A stretch of 64,000 bases of DNA from Yuukianura sp. NJ FZ-2021 (lineage: Eukaryota): positions 13,826,001-13,890,000 of the forward strand of contig CM102285.1 of NCBI GenBank assembly GCA_046563655.1. The letters run 5' to 3'. The stretch's first letter is position 1, and each line of letters starts with the position of its first letter. Made by a program: the position numbers and the translations under genes. The notes under the pieces were generated by a model. That model saw nothing but the letters and a program-made list of their open reading frames with translations. It did no database searches and had not been told where the DNA came from. Of this stretch, positions 24,072-34,900 are shown in pieces.

Positions 24072-26438
24072 TTATTTGGCATTAACTGTTTTCCTGTCCT
24101 TTCCTTCATCTTCACTCTCGCTTGACTCTTCTTCCCAGGTATCATCTTCACGTTCATCGTCACCCAAATCTTTGGCGTCTTCAGGCTCAACTTCCACTAC
24201 TGGAAGGAAGTCACCACACAGACTCTTCCGTGCTGTGGCATAAAGAGGGCTATTTCCAGAAAGAAAAAGTGCAAAATTAAATTCTGAACAGGCAATTTAG
24301 GATGAAAAAAATTGTCGATTATGATGGTAGGAAATCGTACTAAATTGAGAGATTTCCTTACCGAATGTGCTTGGCTTTTGTCAAAATGGCTTCCTCGAGA
24401 GCTCCATTTTTAGTACACAGGCGACAGATTACGTGTTTCCCACGACGTAAAGGATCACGAACCAGTCGTGGCCAATTTTCGACGTTTTGAGGTCTAGGAC
24501 CTGGAAAATTTCAAAAATTTCAAAAAAAAAAAATTAAAATTGTGGATAACGATAAATTCAAAATTGAGTTGCTATTTCTTCAATTTCAGCTACGTAGACG
24601 TCATGGAACTGAAGTTTACCTTTCTTTAGAACTAAATAGCAAAAAATTTCCATGTGGGTGAAATCCTTGTGAAAAGGTAGCATCGGACGGAATTTGACGT
24701 AGAAGTTGCACGGAGTTGTGTCACTGGAGTATCGTGGACAAATGAGGTCGTGTGGACACTACAAATTACAAAAATCCAAATGAAAGTACTACAAAAACTA
24801 AACGATTTCAGCACATTATACTGCGTTTGAGCGAAGAAAACTTTTTACCGGCGCGAACACGTGACCCTCTGCAATTCTACTTTTCTTCGACTCTTGTTCT
24901 CCAGTTTCATCCGGATCTTTGTTTTTGGTGTAACTTTGCAGCAAAAAGTCTCTTGCTTCGTTTATCAGTTCGAAACCGGCATTTGAGCCAGGTTCAATCA
25001 AAACCAAGTATTTTCTCGTATTTCTCCAAAGGGTATCCAACGTTTCCATTCTGGTTTGACCTGATGGCAATTCCATTAGGGAGTGACTGCTTACAGTTAG
25101 ATCATACTTCCTCTAAAAAAAAAAACAAAAACAGCGAGTTTGAAACGTTCTTAATGACTAAATCCACAACAAAAATATTTTAGGCATGTTATGAAAAGCA
25201 GAAGTTTTGGTTACCTCAGCTCCAACAGGAAGGAACTGACGAAAGTACACACCAGGAAAGATGGGTGCCCGAGATGAAATTCCTTTGCGGATGATCAGTT
25301 CTGCAATGTCGTTCATCTCCCGCGAAGTGTCAATACACATGTGCTCGATGAGACTAGGTGACCAAAAATGGCGAGCAGCCCTTAGAGGAAGAAACGATTA
25401 CTCACACAATCAGAAACGACACAAATCAATTAATTTAACTAAAATTCGTTTTAGTCTAAAAGCAATGAAATAATTCAACTTACCACAAAGCCGTACCAAT
25501 TCCGGATCCGAAGTCGAGCATTGACGTTGGAGCGAACTTGGGATCCCTCTGAGAGATTTCATGAAATACTCTGGAGAGAGCTGCAAAGTTAGGTGCTGTT
25601 CGGGCAATCATGTACTGAAGGGCCTTGGAATGGTCGAATTCAATTGGTTCCCAGTGATAAATGCTTTTGCGGAGCTCTTTCGTAATTTTATTGTCACGCG
25701 AACGTTCCAACCGAGCTGCCTGTTCTGCACTGAGGAATGGCTCCAACAAACTATCTGAGAGACAAATTATAGGTTTTCACTAAAATTTTTTAGTTAGACT
25801 GTGATTAGTCTTATTAACTTTAAGTTTTTAGAAAAAGTTTACCTTTCGCCGTTACATCGTCTTCTATTCTTCTAACTTTGGCTCTGTATTCGTCTTCTTC
25901 GATGGGTGGTTGACGATGCCTCAAATACGAATTCAGCTGGATTGCGCCTTCTTCAAGGTTCGGCAGGCTCTCGTCTAATGCATAAAAAACAGTGACAGTG
26001 AAGAGTGAAGTAATGGTTCGATCCTTCAGCAGCTCAATTTTTTTCAGAAAAGCAATTGAATGTAAACGTTCCTTACGCTGTAGTATTCGCTGCGCATATT
26101 GAACAAATTGTTCTGGGAGCGACACTTTCGATATGTAATGTCGCGTGGGACTCTTCTTGGGCTTGAAATTTGGACTTGTCAGTACTTCCCGAATGTCGTC
26201 GGTTTCCTGAACGGTAATACGTTTGTAGTCGACCTAAAATACAGATGATGAAAATCACGTACACAAAGACGTTACACATACAAATATAAATTCAAAAGTC
26301 AATTAATGTTAAGTTCCAAATACTAAGGTGTACCAGACAACATGTCGAAGACGTAAATTCTCGAACTGTTTGGGTCTTGGATTTTACCAATGTTCGACCC
26401 GTTCTTGGCACAAGGGAAAGGTTTCGCGTCGCCCACAT
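24072..26438 (-). CDS. METTL17: Mitoribosome small-subunit assembly factor METTL17 (Rsm22 family methyltransferase-like)
   Basis: Mitochondrial presequence MWATRNLSLVPRTGR, then MLDFGSGIGTALW, YLVLIEPGSNAGF, GHVFAPCPHDLICP...PCNF and WPRLVRDPLRRGKHVICRLC (Fe-S Cys pattern), with an acidic C-terminus and stop at 24074-24072. Confidence 0.93.
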
Positions 26439-27097
26439 TTTTATCTTGATTTCTCAAGTCAAAATACCGGAGAGTGACAGATCATATAAGAATTCGTAAC
26501 ACGACACACACTGTGACGCATCGATACAACCAATGTCAACTTTATTCAAACACGTTGCAGAAGGGTCAAATGTCAAAGTTTACCAATTTGTACACTCAAG
26601 AAAACAAAAACTTTTTCGAAAACTGAAGAAAATTAAGTTGAGTTTTCAAAAACGTGTTGTATTTTTTGCACATGCAAAATATTAAATTTTTGGCGCCGGA
26701 ATATTTCAAATTGAGAAATTATTCATTTGAATTGAGAAATGGGGTACCTTGAGACAGAAATTTTCCGAAGCCTCATCAGCTGATCAGGTTCCGCGGCCTT
26801 TTTGAACAAGTACCGTTGCTTGAGTACCGTTTCAGCGCACCTGTCTTGGTGTCTTCTTGCCTTCCTCTCTCCTCTGTGTAATTTGCATAACAAATTAAAA
26901 GTACCGTGCCGAATACCGTTCCGGTTTCGCTCTTCGAAGTTTCGGTTTCACTTTTATCTGCTCCTGTCTTTTGTCATTTGCAAATTTCAAATTCTTTTGA
27001 GAATTTACGTTAATCTAACTCAATTAACCGCTAACCTTTATCCTCTACAAGGTCAGGACAGGGCTTTTCACCAAGGAGTACCCATCTGTCGAATCGT

Positions 27098-27984
27098 ATG
27101 TCAATCCAGAATCTTAACACTTTCGGTAAGTAATTGCGTCGTTAACTATGTTAATATATATGAATTTATGCAGGGAGCAAGGGGTGTACTGTTTTAACGT
27201 AAATATTGACATTGAAATTGTGAAATACGACAACTAATCGTTTCTGGTGGTAAGGGAAGTAAAGTAAGGAGATGTAAATGGCGGACGATTAACTAGTAAT
27301 ATTGCTAACGGTGCGGTGTTGTGTCGATTAGCGTAAAATTGACGCCGTAAACTAGCACAAATGCTGCAGTAGTGGAGGTTTGAAAGTGACGCAACTATAA
27401 ACGCTAACGAAGATTGTTTTTCATGTTTCTTTTAGACCCATTTGCTGATGCAAACCGGGGCACTGAAGAAGGTCAGGATGGCTTGGTCCACATAAGAATC
27501 CAGCAGCGGAACGGACGTAAAACGTTGACCACTATTCAAGGACTATCGGCTGAATACGACCTCAAGAAAATCGTCCGAGCTTGCAAGAAGGTCTGTCTCT
27601 TCCAGCACTTAGTATGGTTCCAGGTAATTTGGTCGGAATTGGATTGGTCGAAAACGCAGATGTCGGCAAACCTAACCTACCCCTAGCATTAGAAAGGTTA
27701 ACCAAACCTAACCTAAATCCCATATACGCCTGCCGACCTCTGCCATTCCGACCAAATCACTTCCGACCAAATTACCTGCTACGCTTAGTATTTTATACTC
27801 AAAGTCACTTGAATTCTAATCCTTATATCTGTTACAGGAATTTGCTTGCAACGGAACTGTTGTGGAGCATCCGGAATACGGAGAAGTTTTGCAGCTCCAA
27901 GGCGATCAGCGCGAGAACATTTGTCAGTGGCTCACGAAATGCGGACTCGCCAAGGCTGACCAACTCAAAGTCCACGGCTTCTAA
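27098..27984 (+). CDS. EIF1: Eukaryotic translation initiation factor 1 (SUI1)
   Basis: Exons 27098-27125, 27436-27590 and 27838-27984 give MSIQNLNTFDPFADA...VHIRIQQRNGRKTLTTIQG...KKEFACNGTVVEHPEYGEVLQLQGDQRENI...LKVHGF*. Confidence 0.98.
27615..27783. mobile_element. MITE-like palindromic non-autonomous element in eIF1 intron 2
   Basis: 48-bp imperfect inverted repeats at 27621-27668 and 27731-27778 (outer 18 bp CAGGTAATTTGGTCGGAA perfect) surround a CCTAACCT-rich core. The element is flanked by the direct repeat CTTAGTA at 27608-27614 and 27784-27790 (candidate TSD). Confidence 0.8.
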
Positions 27985-28387
27985 AATCATCCCACTAAAA
28001 CTTACAAGCATCATTCAGGCATCACAGCAGCCCTGCTTCTTTTTTTAGTATTCAATGATTTCCAATCATCTTCTTCATCAAAGAAGAATGAAGTTATCTA
28101 CTCTTTTTTCTCCCACTTCATCATCAGCAGAAAACCGTTCACTTCCAAAAACTGGCAAAGAAATTAGAACACTAAATTAATTTAACACCACTTTACCCGT
28201 TTTTAGCCAATCCTGATAAATTAAGCCGTTTCTGCTGGTGCGGTAAAAATGTTTTCCATTTAAACATAAAATGTTAAAATAAAAATTCAATGTTCTTTTT
28301 TAGACTTGGAATTTTTATTTTCATTTTTGAGTCTAAACGTTTCTATTTTGAGTTTTTCCAGCGTCTGTCTTCACCTTGACGTTTTCG

Positions 28388-28470
28388 TGACGTCATGCTC
28401 AATTCGGATACTCAGCATTTTAAACCATACGGTGTCCAGCAGGCAGTGACGAAGTTACTGCACTTCCGGA
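28388..28470. promoter_or_regulatory. Probable LARP4 upstream promoter motifs (CRE palindrome, ETS-like site)
   Basis: TGACGTCA at 28388-28395 and CACTTCCGGA at 28461-28470, between the eIF1 3' end and the first LARP4 exon. These are short motifs, so support is weak. Confidence 0.3.
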
Positions 28471-28940
28471 ATTCAGCATTTCAAGCACATCGCAGCAGAG
28501 CTAGACGGAGAAAGACTATTTTGACTTTTAGAGAAAGCGCTTGCGCTGGAAGCGATTTTCACTTTTGAATGAGACTTTTTTTTGGTTAAAAAAGAAAGGC
28601 GAATGCCTTGCTTTCCTGACCAGATGTAGAGAAAGTCTTCTGGCCATACTTTCTCCCACCCACTCCTTATAAAGTCAACAGGTTTCAATTGTCTAACAAG
28701 CTACTGGTTCCAGATTTAGTTGTCCTGTGACCTTTGACGCCTTCGTCCTAATCTTGTTATCCTAACGTCACTTTGCGTCATCCTAATCTTGACTTGTCCA
28801 GAAGGAAGGTTGGTCAGTAAACAGAAACCTGGAAAACCAGCAGCATAGAAAGTGCGTTCTAAATTTTTAAAAGTGAAATGTGATTTTCTTCTGATTTTTG
28901 TGTAATTGTCTTATGCAACGTTTGACATTTGGGGCAAACC

Positions 28941-31900
28941 ATGCCAATGCCAGGGAGAAAGATCCGACCGCCGATTCAGGCTCCGTTGACGACTCTGCCG
29001 ACGAACTTGACCGCTTGTGGTCAAAGTGGGCACGGAAGACATTTTGTTGGTGGAGGTGGCAGTGCAGTGTCCAACAGAGTTACGTCGGTCACGACGCAGG
29101 CGCAAACGCAACCACTTACGACTGCTGCTGTAATGCAACCGGAACAACCGCCGCTGATCACTGATACGCTAACGGCCTGTCTTGATGTCAATGGAACCTA
29201 CATCTGTACGTCGTATAGTCCACGGTGCTACATTATCCAAAAAGTAAGAAAAACGTTTTTATTTCGTTTTGCGCTTGGGCAGTAATTTCAAGTTTTCGTA
29301 CTTTTCCAGGTTACCCCAAACAGCTTGCGTGTAAGTCCTTCTACTGGAATGCTGCCCGGAACCACCCCTACTACCGGAGGACCTTCTGGAACTAACTGTT
29401 TGTCGCCTACGACATTTTCCGTAATGCCAAATTCTTCTCCGACGCACGGTGCAACTGCGTCGTCGTCGTCGGCCACAATTGATGCAACTTCGCAACAGAA
29501 ATCGTCACCGGAAATGCCTTATCCTGTTTTGTCCTACACCCACACTGTGAATAGTAGACAAGGTCAACAGCAGTATCAAAACGCTGCGTCGCTGAAAACT
29601 AACGTCGAGAATTCTGGACAACGCTGTGACTCTGCGACGTCAACTAAAACTAAACGAGGTAAGCTCAAGGTCATTTGTCATTGCATGAACGCCATAACTT
29701 CTAGAAAAGCAGCATGTAATGATTGGAAATCGCTTTACCAGAGGCTGGTTAAGCGCTGGAATTTTTCAATCGCTGATTTCAAATTTCTGTAAGCTGGAAT
29801 TTCATCCAATTCATTCACACTCACAATCACAAGCATCTTCCGAGTTCTCTGAATTTTGTATTTTACATTTTGTATTTTGCCATATAGATGGCAAAATACA
29901 AAACCTGACAAAAGAAACAAAACGTTTGCATTCCGCTTTTTATTCATCAAAAACACGTTTTCTCTTAGAAAAAAAAGGAAGCGAAGTTGTTTGGTCAAAA
30001 AAATCTTACCATGTAAGTTAAAAAGTATTGAAGATGTTGAAAGTAATCAACGTAATCAATTAATATTATTAGTTTTGCCATATTTTTGAAATTGTATTTT
30101 GCCATTTTGTCATTACAATTGCAATTGCAAAATGTCTTGATTTTGGTCATGTGAGAGTGATTTGCCATTGCTCAAAGTGCCACCCACCCAAACCCACCGC
30201 CTTTCTTTTCCTCCTCATTTGACTAAAGTCAGACGGCGCGGTTAAGGGGATCCTCATTCGGCAACACAGTCGAATTCCATTCCTTTCGTTGTTCCCTATC
30301 TCTTTCTTCTTCATCTGAATTAATTAACAACTGATCAAACAACAAATTACTGTCAGTCCACTGTCGTTATCTCCTCTCCACCTCCTACAGTTAAGTTACC
30401 GTTGTACGTAGTCCCACTAAATACTATCAGTAGTTCGTGTTGACTAAAACGGATATTGGACCGTGGGGACAGTTAATCACTTTGTCATCAGCCAATTTCC
30501 ATTGGTCTGTTGTCAACTTTACTAACTTCTGGTCTGGCCCTCGTTTCGAACAAAGTGTAAGTCTCGTTGTCCGTGGAATTGACATTCTGTATCATCGACA
30601 TCACAGCGGTCACGGTCATCCGCCCGTTGTCAAAGCCGGGTGATTCCTGTTGTCCAGTTTTAGCTACTTATCCAGCCAGGTATTTACGTTCATCAAATCC
30701 TTCTGTTTCATTTTGAATGGAATGAATGTTGGCTGATACTAATGGAAATGGATTGAATGGAACGGATTGTGGATTATTGCGAACATGTGGAATTTTATAA
30801 TTTGCGTGTAATCTTGTGTCATAATGTGTCATTCATTCCAAGCAACTTGAGTTTGTTCAGAAACGGAACTGGACATGGGTCCTTTATTGACGTTTTGTTG
30901 TAAAGTAACTGTTTTTTTTTAGGTAACCCTTGTTTTAGACTTATCTTTAGAAGAATTAAGGAATTTTGAACATGTAACATGGTCATGCACCGTGGTTTTC
31001 ATGAATACCGAAGTTAATTCTCATTTTGACATGCCTTTGACATCAATCGGAATCCCTTTTTTGTACTAAATTGCTTGAGATAAGGTTTGGATTGAGTGAG
31101 AAAAGTTGGATTGAGGTGCCGGTATGTTTGAACTTGTGAGTGACCATAGGATGGCGGAAGTGAAGGGATGATCCGAATGTCACTTTCTTTTGAGACATCT
31201 CCTCGCCCTTTCCCCACGTCCACATCAAAAGAACATTCTAAGCTCCTATTCCACTCCACTCATTTCTTCCAAACCACAAATGCTAATTTTAGACTTCCTA
31301 CCGCACCATGGTAGGTGCGCATCTTAAACATACTGTTTTAAACATTTTCTTTGAATCCTATAAAAATCTAACTAAATCCTATAAAAGACAAGTGCATGTA
31401 GCATCGCGTAAAATAGTAGAATTCAGGAAATTTTTAAATAACTACTGCCTTACTTGTCCAATTCTTTACCACTTTAATAAGTTTTTTTTATCGGGCGAAG
31501 CTAACTTTTAGCTTAGATATTTCAATATTTTACGTTTTTAAGTTTGCTAAGTTGCATCAATAGAAAAGACGGAAAGCCACTTTTTCTAAAATCGTACAAT
31601 TAATTGAATTTTCGTAAAACTTCCAGCCTAAATTCCCAAAAATGTCTTCATAAAAGAACCTCAGCCTAACCTAAATTAATAATTCATTTATTTCAGTAAT
31701 TGAAGTAAACGTATTATTCATTTAGATTTATTAGATTCCTGAAATAGAGATATTTTTAATTCAGGTCTCGTCGAGTAAGAAAAACTCGATGGGGTGCGGC
31801 GTATTTTTTGGAATTTTGGAGAGAGCTTGACCTAGTCCAGACAGGGAGGGTGTGGTAAGGTGTATGTTTGCGCATTTGTGGTTCCTTTTGGACTTGGATA

Positions 31901-34900
31901 GAGTGGTTTCCTATAGCCAATCTATCCGTGTCCGTCTTGCTCTTGTGTCTGACTTGGTTGGTAGAACTTGTGGTCTTCCCTCTACTAAGAAGAAGTCTGC
32001 CATTTTACACGTAGTGGCAAGAAGCAAAAGCAGGAGGAAATTCAGTGGTTGGTTGTTTTGTGGTGTGGTTGTGTGGTCATTACAAAAGGATTTGTCTCAC
32101 TTCCATTCATTGCAGACCCCTCTTCTGGGTCACGATTCAAGAAATAATTGGACGACGATTTCTTTAGCATGAGAGTTTGGGGTAGTGCATCATAACAAGT
32201 GAACACTTAATTATTTAGCATGTTCCATCTGTGCTCTATCATCAACGTAAGGAGGAATTGATCTCAAAAGAGGAGGATATCTGGATCAGCTGGTGAGAGT
32301 TAGGGAGCACAAGGAGACGGTGCATGTTAGCGTGTGAGTTAACGTGACCCTGATGACCTGTTAATCGTGCTTACGGGTTAATCAAAGTGTGTGGAATTCC
32401 GATTCAATTGAAATTCCTTGCTTAACTGTCTGTGGAGTGACCCTGGCGTAGCTGATGTGCTAACTTTCTCTTTCCATTGTCTTTTTTTTTTATGAAAGAG
32501 ACATGGCAAGAGTAGAGCCACTTTCCAATCTCAATTCTTCCTAAACTTCAAATTGTGTGCAAGTGACAATCAATTGTGTGGAACGTTTTGAATAGAATTT
32601 TTGTGCTGAGTTAACTTACTACCTTAATCTTAAATCCTAATGATCATGGTGTAGTTGGGGATTCAAGAATCAGTGGAAGTGAGGCGTGGTGCAAAAACTT
32701 CATTTATCAGTGTTTTTTTTTTAGTTGAACGAAACTAAAGTAATTGACGTGAGTACAAATTTTTCAAGATTTCTAAGCAGGTTGAGGTCAGTGAATGATT
32801 TATTGCTCATCAATTGTCAGAATGTAGCTAAAACACTATGTAGATTACTTAGAAGTGTCCGTAGCATTAGTTCCACTTCCAATCCCCGTAAGCATGTCTT
32901 GCTCTTATGCTCTTGATCGATATGATTCACGATACAAAAGAATCAGACGTGCGAAACATAATGTATTCGGATCGGAGTGGAGATATTGCTCTGATCCGAT
33001 TGACTTATGCATACTTAATTATTGAATTATCTAAGTTATAATTTAGTTGAATTGATTAATGGTTGTTTCTCTAAAGTAGTCCATTTCTAGTATTGATTGC
33101 GATTCGAATTCCTGTGGAGTTGAAGGATTTTTACAAGGTCTTTGGCTCATAGCCACATTAGACTTTAGCCTACCTCAACTAACTAAAACTATAGGTTTAA
33201 TCTAACTGCTGATAAACATGATGTACAGCTAACTGATTAGTTACATTTGTGTTGTTTTTCAGGAAGCAGTTACATGAATTGTGAAGTTAGGATACCTGGA
33301 AACTCTATTGGGCAAGGTTCAATTGCAACCAAAGAGGAGGTTGGAGCCCCATCAATGGGCGTCGCTTCGCAATTGCAATATACTATTAACTCTGCTTACG
33401 GCAATGACACACGGTAACAACTCTCTCGATATTCGATTTATCTGTTTTATGGTGTAGTTCCAAGAATTTTGTTGCCTAATTACCAATTTATTGGTGAGTT
33501 GATGAAGAAACTTTTCTGTGTATTCGTAGAAGTCTCAATGGGATTCATGATGGCAGTAGAACTCAAGATGACACGATGATGAACGCAGTTGACCCAAGAA
33601 ACTCTGGACCACCGGGAGACATGGCCAATTCTCAGCCTATTCTTAATCCAGGATTTACGAACAATAATGAACCATCGAGTGATGCGGCAAATGAAGACTT
33701 GAGACTGTCTCTTCTGGCTCAACTTGAGTACTACTTTTCACCGTAAGGTTCCATTGGCATGAATCATCATCATTGGGCAGTGATTGGCCCAGAGGCATGC
33801 TGACGTGTTGTTTTTGTTTTGATTTTTAGGGATAACTTAGCAAATGACAAGTTCCTAGTCTCCCAAATGGACAGTGACCAATACGTCTATATCTCAACTA
33901 TTGCCGGTTTCAACATGATCAGGAAACTTTCCTTGGACTTGGATTTGATCACTAGTGTTTTGAGAGGTGAAATATGATTTTTGATAGGCTTAGGAAATAT
34001 TAAGTTTTGAAGTTAGTTTTGACATTTTGATGTTGGTTTTGGTTTCAGAATCGAAGCATGTTCAAGTACATCCGGATGGGAAGAGAGTGCGTCCGATTTC
34101 CAATAGAACTGTTGTCATTGTGAGAGGAATTCCGGATACTACCTCAATTGACGAAATCAAGGTAAATGTGGGGACATGATTCAACTTTTAGATCAATATT
34201 CGTGCATGTCATAACTCATAAGTGGCAAAGTCAACAAGTCAAAGTGTGCTTTTTCATTCATTTTTTTGGTATTGTTTCTAGGCTTTATTTGAGAAGGAGA
34301 ATTCTCCAAGGTGCAACCACTGTGAATTTGCTTTCAACGACTCATGGTACCTGAGCTTCGACTCAGACGAAGAAGCTATGAGAGCTCATCGATACCTTCG
34401 TGAAGAAGTTCGTGAGTTCAAAGTAAGTGGAAAGTGTTGAGTGTTGAAATGCTGCCAAGTATCTTACTAATCAGCACATCTGTGAACTTGATTCAGGGTC
34501 AGCCGATTATGGCACGCATCAAGTCTCGTCCGACGACTCTTCTTGGTCCAGGCATGGCTATGAATCCTGCTAAGAATGGCTTTCATCAACCCTCCGTGTC
34601 ACTGCCTGCTTACATTACCAACTATGTTCCAGTCCCGGTGTCGCAGACTGGTGGTTCTGCTGCTGTATCAACTACGCCAATGTATGCTACACCACAGCAG
34701 GTAGGTTTTTCAAGCAATGCAGAATGCTGCCGAAGTATTTTCATGTTTTGTTGAAGAGCAAGTACATAATGCTTGGAATACTTTTTTGACGTTTAGGTCT
34801 CATCCGCCGTGTTCACAATGCCTCCAAATCCTTACGCTTTCGGTGCTCAGCTGCCGTGGGCCACTGGTTTCTATGAACTGAACTCTTCCCTGACTCCGCT

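Noticed and set aside
32349..32456. Possible C/D box snoRNA in the LARP4 intron (TGATGA...CTGA)
   Set aside because: The C box lacks the leading purine, there is no terminal stem, and I recognise no rRNA-complementary guide.
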